A stretch of 64,000 nt of DNA from the human T2T-CHM13v2.0 reference genome, Homo sapiens. Within the stretch, counting starts at the first letter, position 1. Every line of letters starts with the position of its first letter. Positions 40,610 through 63,214 of the stretch are shown here, piece by piece. A model generated the notes under the pieces. The model saw nothing but the letters and a program-made list of their open reading frames with translations, ran no database searches and was not told the DNA's origin. Location of the stretch: assembly GCF_009914755.1 (NCBI RefSeq), contig NC_060929.1; one strand, written 5' to 3'. The position numbers and the translations under genes are program-made.

Positions 40610-42871
40610 TCAGTTACTACTCTTGCTAAATACCCTTTACATACCCCAATCATCGCACTTACTAATTACATAATGATTATCTGTTTTTAAATCTGTCTCC
40701 TCTACTTCAGAGGAGCTCCTTGAGGACAGAGCTATATCTTCCTCATGTGTCCACCCCTGGCAACTGGCACAGGGTAGGGTATCCGGCAGCTGCCAGGTAT
40801 ATTTTTTAAGCCAAACTGACAATCTTGAATGAACTCTTCTGTGCTGGACTTTGGCCCAGTGTATGGACTTGAGTTCAGAAAAAGTGAGCCACAGAAATTA
40901 TCATACGGCCTGCAGAACTGGTCATGCTCCCCCTGCATATCATCTATACCTTCCATGGCCTCTGTCACTGCTTGTCATTTGATGACAAATTAGAGTGAGC
41001 GCCTGTCTTCCCCCATTAAAATGTGAGCACCCTGAGAGGTTGAGAATTATCCCTGTGTCCCTGTGCAGAGCAGGGCTGACGGACACTTGCAACATTAAGT
41101 GAATGAGCAAGGCCCTGACTGGTCTATGTGCTGGCCCTGAGCCTGAGTCTACAGCTCTGCTTAGCCAAAGACCCAGAAAATCTAGGCCTGGCTGGAGATG
41201 GCCAGCCCCTGAAGCAAGCTCAGACTCACTTTCTATGAGAAATTAAATATAATAGAACATTAACTCCAACACCACTCCTGAGTCTGGATAGGATTCATTC
41301 TAGCTCTGCAGTGGTGACAATGCCAGGAGGTTTATGGTTGATGGCAGACGTCAAGGATGCCTCTTTTGACCTCCTTTCTCATCTGTGGCCATGATGACTA
41401 GGTATGGAAATGAATACTAGAGGGTATTAAAATAAGAGTTTTTCCTATATGCCCTGAAAATCCAGGTCCAGAGCCTCCTTCCTCCTTCCAGAACCACTCA
41501 CTACTCCTCCTTCAGTGAAATATAATAAAATGGGATGGCAATGTGGGGAGAAGTGATGTCAGCAGGATGGTGAACTAGAATGTACCAGGCCTTGTACCCT
41601 ACAAAAACAATGATTCAATAACTATCCACAAATAAAAGTAGTTATGGGAGAGCTCTGAAGCCCAGTTAAGAAACTGTAGCCACCTAGTGGAGGCAAAAAA
41701 AGGAAAATGAAACAAACAAAAAAAATCCTGAGGATTAGTAAACAGAAAAGGGTAGGAAAAACAGTAGCATTGTAGAAAAACTATTTAGAAAGCCAGAAGA
41801 CCCTAGAAGCTCTGGCCACTGAGGACCGCAGCAGCCCAGATGGCTGCAGACTGCTGCAGCCTTTGCCAGCAAGGACCCTTGCAATCTTTACCAACATGGG
41901 CTCCACTTGCCAGAGTTGCCTAGAGCTCACATTCCTGAGCCTCCCAAGCCAGAGATACCATGACCCCCAGCTGAGACTGCCTAGTATCCACCAGAGCTGG
42001 TGCTGCTACAACCTCCTCACAGCTAGCACCACTGTGCACACACCAGACCCAGCACTACTGCAACCCCATCAAACCCAGTGTTCCTGCACATCCATGGGAC
42101 CCAGTGCTGCCATGCACTCATTAGACCTGGCTCTGCTCTACACCCACTGATCCAGAGCTTCCACTGGACCCAGCACACCTATACATCCCAAGACCTGACA
42201 CCCTGACATTCTCCTGAAGCTAATACCTATGCATACTCTGCCCAGTTGATGCCCTTGTATTCAGGTGAAGGTCTTTCATCCCAAAGCCAGTCTATAAAGC
42301 CTGGAAGAAGTAACTGCTTCTTCAAATGAGCAAACACCAATGCAAGGCTATATGGAACACAAAAAGTCAGGGAAACGTGAAACCTTCAAAAGAACAAAAT
42401 TAATTCCCAGGAACCAATTCCAATAAATGGTCTATTAATTGTCTGACAATACAAATCAAAAAAATTGTTTTAAGGAAGTTCAGAGAGCTGCAAAAGAAGT
42501 TGATAGAAAACTCATTGAAATCAGGAGAACGTATATGAACAAAACTAGCAGTTTGACAAAAAGATAAAAATCATAAAAAAGAACTAAACAAATTCTGGAT
42601 CTGAAGAATACAATGATTGACGTGAAAAATGCAATATGGAGCTTCAACTACAGATTTGTTTGGGCACAAGAAAGAATTAGTGATCTCAAAGACAGATGAT
42701 TTGGAAGTTATTTAGTCAGAGAAGCAAAAAGGGGAAAAAGGAATAAAAAAGAGTGAAGAAAACTTAGACTTATGGGACACCAACAAAGAAATGAATATGT
42801 GCATTTTGGAAGTTACAGAAAGTTAAAAGAAAAAGAAAAGAACGAAAAGTTTATTTAAAGAAATAATGACT

Positions 42872-49028
<6,157 letters not shown>

Positions 49029-49858
49029 TTATTGAAAAAGATAAAACAACTGTGGATTACAAGAGTCTTAGAACAGTAATGGTTAAAAACACAATTCACA
49101 AGGAAATTTGCTTACTTCTGTGGCATACAACAATTTTACATAATGATTATAATTACTACTAAAAGTGTATGCTAAGACATATTAGAATCACAGGAATCTC
49201 ATGCAATCCTGGAATACACACTAATAACACATTTGTATGAATATAATCCAAATAAGGTTAAACCCCATTCATATTTGACAATACTATTAGCCTGAAGTCC
49301 AAAAGAGACATATTCACCTTTGTTGTAATAAAATGATTTTATTTGACAACGATTTTATTATATCAAACAAGCCAAATGTGTCTTTTTTGGACTTCAAGTT
49401 TACCTAATATCAAAAATTAATGAGGACCGAAGTTAGAGTTTGATTTTGGAAAGTTAGTCAAATATAAAAAGCTTAAAACACTTGATATCACAAAATAGAA
49501 TCACAGGTTATTGTAAAATAAGTCATTCATTTAGTCAAAGTGATAACTCAAAGATTTCAAAAAAAGGCAAAAATTTTCATTCTTTGAGAGAGGAGACTTA
49601 ATTTCCCAAACAATAAGCCCTAATAATAAAGATAGCATAAGGCCAATTAAATCTGTCTCTCAAAATTTTATAAACAAAATCTATTAAATTTTAATCACCT
49701 TGGTCATAAGATATAATTTTCATAAATCTTTTTATAATCATTATCATTATTTATTAAGGAGTGGGTTAATGCTCCAAGAAAACCTTGTTAATCTGACACA
49801 AGGGGCCAAATGTTGGTTTTGCATCAGTGTGCCTTTGAAATTAAAAGTTAATTTATTT
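49029..49858. other. Non-L1 segment between the L1PA tail and the downstream TSD: probable 3' transduction; resembles ERV1/MER4-group internal sequence
   Basis: AT-rich non-L1 sequence with no flanking LTRs, ending with ATTAAA (49840-49845) and an A-rich tail, after which the host L1 ORF1 resumes. The ERV resemblance is from memory only. Confidence 0.65.
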
Positions 49859-50343
49859 AAAAAAGGAAAAAAGATGACTAAAAAATTTCTAAATCTGAGG
49901 AAAGAAATAGACATATACATTCAAGAATCCCAGAGGACCATAAATAGATTGAACATAAAAATTTTATACCAAGACACATTATAATTAAATTTTCAAAAAT
50001 CAAAGACAGTCAGAATTTTTAAAGCCTCAAGAGAAAAGTGACTCATCACATATAAGGGAACCCCTAAATGATTGTCAGTAAATTTCTCACTAGAAACCTT
50101 GCAGTTCGAGACAGCGAGATGATATACTTAAAGTATTAAAAGAAAAAGAAAAAAACTAACAACCAAGAGTACTATACCCAGAAAAACTACTCTTTAAAAA
50201 TGAAGGAGAGATAAAGTCTTTCCTAGGAAAACAAAAACTAAGGAAGTTGGTCACTGCTAGATCTGTCTTACAAAAAGACCTGCTTAAGGGGATTCTTCAA
50301 ATTGGAAGGAAAACACACCAAACAACAATACCAAATCATTTAA

Positions 50344-50673
<330 letters not shown>

Positions 50674-50678
50674 TAAAA

Positions 50679-51056
<378 letters not shown>

Positions 51057-51119
51057 TTAGAATAAGCATAACTGCAAAAATTTGTTAGTGGATTCATAAC
51101 ATTAAAAGAAATAAATGCT

Positions 51120-51508
<389 letters not shown>

Positions 51509-53154
51509 TTAAAATATTATCAACTTAAAGTAGATGGCTATAACTACAATTTAGTTAATACAAGCCTTGTGCTATCACAAAGAAACAACTATATAGATAC
51601 ACAAAAGGTAAAGAAAAAGCAAATCACTGCAAAAAATAACAAAGGAAGACAGTAAGGCAGAAAAGAGGAATAAAACAATTTTAAAAAGACAAAAAACAAT
51701 TCGCAAATTGGCAACGGTAAGTCTTTATTAATAACATTAAATGTAAATGGATTAAACTCCCCATTGGAAAGATACAGAGTTGCTGAGTGGATGTAACACA
51801 CACAGACACACTCACACACACACGTGAGATCTAGCAATATGCTGTGTATAAGAGACTCAGTTTAGACTTAAGGTCACCCACAGCCTGAAAGTGAAGGGAT
51901 GAAAAAATATATCCATGCAAATGGTAGCCAAAAAGAAAGCAAGGGTGACCATATTTACGTGAGAAAAAATAGACTTCAAGTCAAAAACTGTCACAAGAGA
52001 CAAAAGGGGACACTATATAATAATAAAAGGGTCAATGAACCAGGAAGAAATAACAAATAGATGTGCACCCAACACTAGAGCGCTAAAATATGTAATGGAA
52101 ATATTGATATATCTGAAGGAAGAAATTGACAGCAATACAATAATAGTAGGAGACTTCCCTACATAACTTGCAATAACAGCTAGAACAACCAGATATAAAA
52201 TCAATAAAGAAACTGACTTGAACAACTTTATAGATCAAATGGATATAACAGACATATACAAAGCTTTCCATCAAAAAGCAAAGAATGCATCTTCTTCTCA
52301 AGTGCACATAAATGTTCTCTAGGATAGATCATATCTTAGGTCACAAAATAACTCTTAACAAATATAAGAAGATCAAAATTATACCAAGTATCTTTTCTGA
52401 TCACAATGAAATAAAACTAAAAATCAATAACAATAAGAAACTGGGAAAATTTGCAAATACATTGAAACTAAACAAACCACTTGAACAACAATTGGGTCAA
52501 AAAAATACAAAAGGAACATTAAAATATGCAGAGACAAACAAAACTGAAGGAATAGCATACCAAAACTTATGGGATACAGTAAAAACAGTAGTAAAGGGAC
52601 ATTCATAGTGACAAATGCCTACATTAAAAAAAGAAGAAAGATTGCAAATAACCTAATTTTACACCTCCAGGAACCAGAAAAAGAACAAACGAACCCCCAT
52701 ATTTGCAGAAGGAAGGAAATGATAACAATAAGAGTAGAAATAAATAAAAGAGAGAATAAAAAACAGTAGAAAAGAAATCGAGGAAACAAGACTTGGTTTC
52801 TTGAAAAGACAAACAAATTTGGCAAACTCCATCACTAAACTAACTTGGAAAAAAAGAAAGAAGTCTCAAGTAAATAAAATCAGAAATGAGAGACACTACA
52901 GCAGATGAGTCAGAAATAAAAAGGATCATAAATGATCATTATGAACAATTATTCATCAACAAATTGGATAACTTGGAAGAAATAGATAAATTCCTAGACA
53001 TATGCAACCTACCAAGACTGAATTAAGAAGAACAAATTTTAACAATGAAATTGAATCAGTAATTAAAACCTTCCCAACAAAGAAAAGCCCAGGATTAGAT
53101 GGCTTAATGGGTGAATTCTACCAAATATTTAAAGAAGAATTAATACCAATTCTT

Positions 53155-55291
<2,137 letters not shown>

Positions 55292-56895
55292 TTAAAACTT
55301 TTTCAAATAATTGAATAAGAGAAAGCACTTCTAAACTCATGTTATGAGGCCAGGATCACCCTGATGTCAAAGCTTAGCAAAAATACCACAAGAAAAAAAA
55401 ACTACAGGGCAATATCTCTAATTAACATAAACACAAAAATCCCCAATAAAATACTAACAAACGAAATTCAAAAGCATGTTGAAAGGATCATACACCATGA
55501 CCAAGTAGGATTTATCCCTGAGATGGAAGGATGGTTCAACATATCAAATCAATCAGTGTAATATACCACATTAACACAATGAAAGGTAAAACCACATGAT
55601 TATCCCAAAAGATTCAGATTTTTTTTAGAAAATTTAACTTCCATTTATTATTTAAAACTCTCAAAAAAATAGGTATAGAAGAAACTTACCTCAACACAAT
55701 AAAGACCATATATGAAAACCCCACAGCTAACATAATAATGGATGGGGAAAATTTGAAAGCTTTTTCTCTCAGATATGAAGCAAAGCAAGGATGATCAACC
55801 TTACCACTTCCATTCAACATAATACTGGAAGTTCTAGCCAGAACAATCAGACAAGAAAAAGAAATAAAAGCTATCCAAATTGAAAAGAAATAAGTAAAAT
55901 TGTCTCCTCTTAAAGGTGACATGATCATATATGTAGAGAATCCTAAAGACTCCATACAAAAAAATTATTAAAACTAATAAACAAATTCAGTAACTCTGCA
56001 GTATAAAAAGTCAAATTGCAAAAATCAGTGGCATTTCTATATGCTAATAACAAACTATCCAAAAATGAAATTAGGAAAACAATTCTATTTACAATAGCAA
56101 CAAAAAGAATAAAATACTTAGGATAAAGTTAACTAAAGAGGTGAAAGACTTGTACACCGAAAGTTATAAACCATTGATGAAAGAAACTAAGGGAGACATA
56201 GAGATGGATAGACATCCCATGTTCATGGATTGGAATAATTAAAATCTTTAAAATGCCCATAGTGCCCGAAGAAACATACAGATTTAATTCAATCTCTATC
56301 AAAACCCCAATGGCATTTTTACATTAATAAAAAAAAGCTATCATAAAATTCAAATGGAACCACAAAAGACTACCCATATCCAAAGCAATCTTGAGGGACA
56401 AAAACAAAAAACAAAAAACAAAAAAACAAAAAAACACCAGAGGCATCACACTTCCTCATTTCAAAATATATTACAAAGCTATAGTAATCAAAACAATATG
56501 GTACTGGCATAAAAACAGACATGTAGACCAATGTAACAAAACAAAGAGACCAGAAATAAATCCATATATTTACAGCTAACTGATCTTTGACAAGGATGGC
56601 AAGAGGACACAATGGGGAAAGGATAGTATCTTCAATAAATGTCATTAGAAAAACTGGATAGTCATACACAGAATAAAATTAGACCCTTATCTCACATCAC
56701 ATACAAAAATAAACTCAAAATAGATTAAAGACTTTGACATGAAGACATGAAACTGTAAAACTACTAGAAGAAAGTACAGAAAAAATGCTTCTTGACATTG
56801 GTGATGGCAACGATTTTTTGGACATAACACCAACAGAAGAGGAAACAAACCGAAAAATAAACAAATGGGATTGTATCAAACTAAAAAGCTTCTGT

Positions 56896-57708
56896 CACAT
56901 GGTGGCTCATTACTTGCTTCGAGGCAGGTGCAGTGAGTCTACTCTGGGCTGGTCTGGTCTCCTCAGGTTCCAACCCAACCACTACCCGGCCAGTTCATGG
57001 AGAGGAGAGGTGCACTTTACAGGTCCCTGATGAACAAAGAGAACCCTCCACCACATCCAGGCCCTGGTCCATCAGCCCCATACCCACCTTATCCACAAAA
57101 ACACATGGGCCCAGGACCTATGGGAGGGGGCCCTACCCACCTCTTCAAGGATACACCTATCAAGGATACAAAGATACCCACAGTACAGCTGGCAGGACAG
57201 ACCTCGGGAGCCTCCTAAAACCACAGTGTATGTGGTAGAAGACCAAAGAAGACATGAGTTGGAACCATCCACCTGCCTCACAGCCTGCTGGACTGCTTTC
57301 TGTTGCTGCTGTCTCCGGGACATGCTCACCTGACCAGCCCAGCCATCCTCTCCTGCCAGCTCTGCCACCACCTCCAATAGATGTGCCTGCCCCTGTCTCT
57401 TCTGATTGCTGTAATAAATGACTAGCTCATACACCTTCGGCACTATGGGATTCTAGATTAGTGAGGGCTGCTGCTGTTAAATTCAGTGACTTGATCTCTT
57501 TAATGTCCAAAATCCATTTCTTACTGACCTTTAAAAATGTGCTAAGTGACTTTTTTTGGACAAAGGCTTAGTTGTGGAAAATGTATTTATAATTTTGTAA
57601 TTATACATTCAAGGTAGTGGCAAAATGTAACACACCATGAATGATTTCTCTGCTTACACCCTGTAGGTTTCAATAAATTTGTTCAAACCTCAAAAAAAAA
57701 AAAAAAAA
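56896..57708 (+). pseudogene. CYSTM1: Processed pseudogene (retrocopy) of CYSTM1, cysteine-rich transmembrane module protein 1
   Basis: Joining three frames from ATG 57030 to TGA 57331-57333 gives MNKENPPPHPGPGPSAPYPPYPQKHMGPGPMGG/PYPPLQGYTYQGY/PQYSWQDRPREPPKTTVYVVEDQRRHELEPSTCLTACWTAFCCCCLRDMLT, collinear with the recalled human CYSTM1 protein. Two frameshifts (+2 near 57128, +8 duplication aaagatac near 57170), no introns, AATAAA at 57672-57677, poly(A) from 57692. The symbol is that of the parent gene. Confidence 0.93.
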
Positions 57709-58835
57709 GAAAGAAAGAAAAGAATCAACAAAGTGGAAAGGCAACCTATGAAATGGGAGAAAATATTTGCAAATCATATATCTGATAAGGAGTTAATATG
57801 CAAAACGCATAGGGAACTCATACAACTCAGTAGCAAGAAAACAAATAACCCAATTTGAAAATGAGCAAAAGATCTGAATAGATATTTCCCATTTGTTTAT
57901 TTTTGCTTTTGTTTCCTGTTCTGTTGGTGTCATATCCAAAAAATCATTGCCATCAGCAATGTCAAGAAGGCTTTTTTCTATACTTTCTTCAGTAGTTTTA
58001 CAGTTTCAGGTCAAAACTTCATTTTGAGTTTATTTTTGTGTATGATGTGGTGTATTTGTATGTCTCAAAAGAAGGCATACAAATGGTCAGCATGGAAATG
58101 AAAATGTGCTCAACGTCAGGAAAATGCAAATCAAAACACGATGACATATCACCTCACACCTGCAAGGATGGCTCTACTATCAAAAAAGACAAAAGTGTTG
58201 GTGAGGATGTGGAGAAAAGAGAACCCTTGTACATTTTTATAGGGATTTAAAGAGGTACAACCATTATAAAAAACAGTATGGAGTTTTCACCAAAAGTTAG
58301 CAGTAAAACTACCATATGATCCCACTTCTGGGTATACATCCAAAAAAAATAAAATCAGGATCTCAGAGAAGCATGCACTTCTGTGCTCATTGCAGCATTG
58401 TTCACGATCACCAAGATATGGAAACACCCAAATGCCCCTGGATGGATGAATGGATAAAAAAAATTGTGGTATATTTCTACTATGGGATATTATTTAGCCT
58501 TTAAAAAGAAGGAAATTTTGCCACTTGTGACAACATGGATGAACTTAGAGAACATTATGCGAAATGAAGTAAGCCAGACACAGAAAGACAAATATTACAT
58601 GATCCCACTTATATGTGGAATCCAAAAAAGTGAAACTCATAGGAACAGAGAGTCAAATGGTGCTTGCCAGGGGCTGAAAGGCGAGGGAGATGTTGGTCAA
58701 AGTGTAGTTTCAGTTCTGCAGGATAAATAAGTTCTGGAGATCTAATGTACAGTGTGGTGACTATAGTTAGCAATACCATACTGTATACTTGAAATTTGCT
58801 AAGAGGGTCAATCTTACGTATCCTCACCTTAAAGC

Positions 58836-58962
58836 AGGGAAAGAAGGAAGAAAGGAAGGAAGGAGGGAAAGAAGGAAGGAAGGAAAGAAGGAAGGGAAGG
58901 AAGGGAAGAGAGGGAAGGGAGGGAAGGGAGGAAGGGAGGAAGAAAGGAAAAAAGAAAAAGGG
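58836..58962. repeat. (GGAA/GGGAA)n polypurine tract within the L1 3'UTR
   Basis: Direct reading. Confidence 0.95.
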
Positions 58963-59010
58963 AATTAGTGAGGTGATGGGTGTGTTAATTGTGGTGATTG
59001 TGGTGATTAT

Positions 59011-59014
<4 letters not shown>

Positions 59015-59046
<32 letters not shown>
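59015..59046. repeat. (GT)n microsatellite
   Basis: About 16 GT units. Confidence 0.97.
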
Positions 59047-59051
<5 letters not shown>

Positions 59052-61438
59052 AAAACATCAGTTTGTACACATTAAACATATATAACTTTTTTAATTAAAC
59101 CTTAAAAACTGTTAAATATAAAATAAATCAAAATATTAAAATAAAATATTAAAATAAACACTGCCCTCTTTCTTTCGCTGATGAGGAACTTGGCTTTTGA
59201 TGGGAGCAAAAATTCAGAGAAGAAAGCCAAATGCCACTAAGGAAAAAGTTGTTGAGAAATTATTCATTAAGATTTGCTATATTTGCTAGTATTTTACTAT
59301 ATATATTTGCTATAAATATATATATTTGCTAGTATTTCTTTTTGCTATATATTTGCTAGCATTTTATAGTCGTTCATTAATCAAACCCTCTCACAGTCCC
59401 TTGATGGGAAATGATAGTGAACGCAGTTCTGTCCATTTCAGAGGTAGGGTGATCTGGGTCACTCGGGGTCCAGGTTACAGTCTCAACGTTAACAGGATTA
59501 ACAGAGAAAAAGGAAGCCTGTCTCAAGACAAAGCTTAGGAAGAAAGATGATGCCCCCATTCCCAGTACCGTCACTAATGTCATGTGCTTCCCACCGTTTA
59601 CTCCCCAGCACATTTTGATCAGACATCTTGGTCCACATTTGATTTATTGTTCAGCTGACATGAAACTGAACAATGGTATAATTAGAAGGCTCGCACGCGG
59701 GTGCCTGCAGGGAGAGTAATTATTTGCCAAGAGAAGAACTGCGATAAAGGAGTAGCGTGGGTGTAGGTTTCCTGTTGTGCCCAGAGCCTGCTGTTCATAC
59801 ATTGTTGATACCAAAATACAAAGGTGACTGCACTCTTTTTCCTTAGAAGATGCAATTTATATTTTATCTGCTTGAGACTAGGTTTGCAGGGCTGTGCCTA
59901 ACTCCTTTCCCTCCCACCCCCGTTCTACAGAGAGAGAGCTGTGAGTGAGCCTCTCGGGACTAGAACTTGTTAGGAGGCCCTGCCATCTCCATGGTTCCTT
60001 CCTCCCAGGACAGCACCTGCCTGCCCAGGATGTTACTGCCCTTCCCAGTGGACCCTAGACTTGCTGCTGGAATCTAGCTGGAGAGTTTCCAGGAAGGAGG
60101 GTGCTCTGCAAGCAGGCTCAGGCATGGACTTGGGGGAACGGGTAAAATAAGGGGAATTGACACTGATTGAGCATCTACTCCGTTGCCTGCACTAATCCAT
60201 TTGATCCACATGGCATGTTGGGATTCGTACCCCCATCTTACAGGTAAGGAAACTGAAGCCTGGGGAGGTAAAAAAGTGCATCCAAGACAACTCAGCCAGT
60301 AGGTAAGGAAGGCCAGGATTTGAACCCAGGGTTCTTTGGTGCTGATGCCCTGCTGTTTCCTCTGATTCAATCTGCCTCCCCACAATGGGAGAAGAGCCCC
60401 CAGAGAGTCCAGGGAGAACAGATCAAAATGCTGTTCACTTCCACACTGTTGATGTCCTCCCTGTGACTGGTCCTTAGTTAGATCCTGGTTAAAAGACTGT
60501 TGGTTTTGTAATTCTAATTCCTTGTCCTGGCTCATGTTGACCTTATAGAGTATTCTGGCCCAGGTCACTGTGACCCTGTTGCTCCCTGGCTCTAGGTGTG
60601 GTCCCTCCAGAGAAAAAAGACCAAGCTGTGGGATTGAGGTGTGTCAAGGAATGGGCTGAGTTTCCAACAGCCGCCAGGTCAGGGCTTTATGCTACACCAA
60701 CTGAGGCCCGACCTGTCTCCGTTGCACTGCAGTAAAGAGGCCTGGATTGCTAACATTAGCCCGTGCAGCATTGTGCCAGACAACAGTCTGCTGGGGTCGC
60801 TGTCTTTTTTAATGATCTCACTCAACCCTCAAATGTGCTTTTCCAGGTGGAGATCAGCAGCCCCATTTTACAGACGAGGAAACTGTGGCTCAGAAAATCC
60901 AAGTGTCTGGTTGAGTCTGGTAGTGGAATGGGATTTGGAGTCAGGGAGACCTGGCTTTGAATGCCCATCCTGTTTCTTTATAGCTTTGTGCCTCAGGAAA
61001 TGCCAGTTCAACTCTGATATATGATTATCTTGTCTGTAAACCAAGGTAAAGAAGAAAACTGTCTCCTCAATTTGTTGGGACAATTAAGTATATTTTTATT
61101 TAAAATACCTGGCATATAGTAGGTACCCAATGAATAATGGTTAGTGTAATTACAGGAATAGTCACTGAGTTTAATATCACATGTCATTTCTTATGGTTGT
61201 CAAGAGACCTGTGCTGAAATATATTCTGAGCTCATATCTGGGAAAAAATGCTGGTATCGATGAGCCACATTTGCTTTGGCATAGGAGGGCGAGTGGCTGC
61301 ATATGTATTTCCCATGCTGGTTTACTATTATTGCCCAAGGTCATACCAGGAGGGATTTGATTTGAGTTCTACTTTTATCCAAAGCACCCACTCTTTCTAC
61401 TATATCCATTTTAGCCTTCCCTACTGTAATTTCCTGGT

Positions 61439-61889
61439 TGTTTTAGTTTCTTATGGTTTCTGTAACATATTACTACAAACAAGATGGCTTAAAACAATAG
61501 AAATGTATTCTCTTGTAGTTATGGAGCCCTGAAGTCCAAAATCAGTATCACTAGGCTGAAGTCAAGAGCTTCCAAAGGCCCTAGGGGTGAATCCATTCCT
61601 CACTCTTCCAGCTTCTGCAGCTGCCAGCATTCCTTGGCTTGTGGCTGCAGCACTCCCATCTTTGCCTCTATTGTCACATGGCTTCCTCTGTGTGTGTCAT
61701 CCACCTCTTCCTCTCTCTTAGAAGGACACTTGAGATTGCTTTTAGAGCCCATCTGGATAATCTCTCCATCTCAAAATCTTTAAGTTAATCATATCCTCAA
61801 AGATCCTCTATTTCCCTATAAGGTAACATTTATAGGTTCCAGAGATTAGGACCTGATGTGTTTAGGGGGCTACTTTTCAGCCTTCCACA
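61439..61889 (-). mobile_element. MLT1-family MaLR solo LTR
   Basis: 'tgtaacatattactacaaac...ggcttaaaacaatagaaatgtattctct...gaagtccaaaatcag...cttccagcttctg...aaggtaacatttataggttccagagattaggac'. Confidence 0.88.
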
Positions 61890-62109
61890 CTAGGCTTTAT
61901 ATCCCTATTCCGAAAAAACTTTTTAGCTGAGCAACTCAATAGCCACTGAAAGGTTATGTCTCATCTTAGAAAGGTAAATTATAAGAAATTCTGAAATAGT
62001 GGGTCAGCCTGACTCTTGCTCTTTCTCAGATTTTAGACCCCAGACTTAGTACCTGAGCTTTAGCCTTTTCTCTCAAGACCAAGTCCCAGTCAGGTATTTC
62101 TGCTCACAT

Positions 62110-62425
62110 TTCTTTTCTTGTTTTCTTTTTCTTTCTTCTCTTTTCTTTTCCTTTCTTTCTTTCTTTCTTTTTTTTTTTCTTTCTGAGATGGAGTTTTGCT
62201 CTTGTGGCCCAGGCTGGAGTGCAGTGGCACGATCTTGGTTTACTGCAACCTCAGCCTCCTGGGCTCAAGTGATTCTCCTGCCTCAGCCTCCTGAATAGCT
62301 GGGATTATAGGTGCCCTCCACCACACCCAGCTAATTTTTGTATATTTAGTAGAGATGGGATTTTGTCATGTTGGCCAGGCTGGTCTCAAACTCCTGATCT
62401 CAGGCAATCCACCCACCTCAGCTTC
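62110..62425 (-). mobile_element. Alu (AluS-like), 5' end missing, (TTTC)n tail
   Basis: Reverse Alu body stops at 'cacccacctcagc'. Confidence 0.92.
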
Positions 62426-63214
62426 ATTTCAAGCCTGCAGTTTGAACTTCCCATCTTAAAACACTCCTCTGGATCCTGCAGGAAGTGCATGCCCCTAATC
62501 CTGGTTTCAAGTCTTCTGTGCCCTCTGCAATCTGGCTTCTTGAATAGTAAGGGTAGGCAGAGCTGCTGTAACAAATAGACTTTAGCACGTAATGGCTCAT
62601 CACTGTAGAAATTTCCTTGCTGATATGTATGGGGTGGAGCAACTGACTCTCCTCTACATGATCTTTGGGGAATTAAACTACTTTCACTTTGTGGCTCCAT
62701 ATCCTTCTACCAGGGTGAGTAGAAGCATGAATAGTGTGTAATTGCTCTTCTCATATTTAATGTCAGTTCTTGGAGTCCAGGTTTGGTCAATCAGATGTCC
62801 CTGCCTAGGATTTTGACTTTTAAGGGAGTGTGACCTGAAGATACTGGACTAATTAAGACCAATTCTGGCAACATCATCAGTGCCATTCAGTGGCCTGTGG
62901 CAGCAACGTCTTAACCAAGCTGTTCATATAAAAACTTTGTGAGGTCCTGCCACTGCTAGTTTCCTATAGTCCCTCCTTTTCCATGCCAGGCTGTCCAGTC
63001 TTACCATTGATGTTGTGAGCTCTGAATATCACTCCATTTCCTTGTCTGCTTGAATTCATTGAATTCATAAGTATCAGTTTCTGGTATCTGAGCCAAGAAC
63101 TGTACTGGATTCACCTACCTCACAAGGGCTTCTGTGCAGATTCCATTAAATTAGAGATGGGGAAAAAGAAATGCTTCATTCATTTAAATGTTATGTCGGG
63201 GAAAAGAGATTAAA

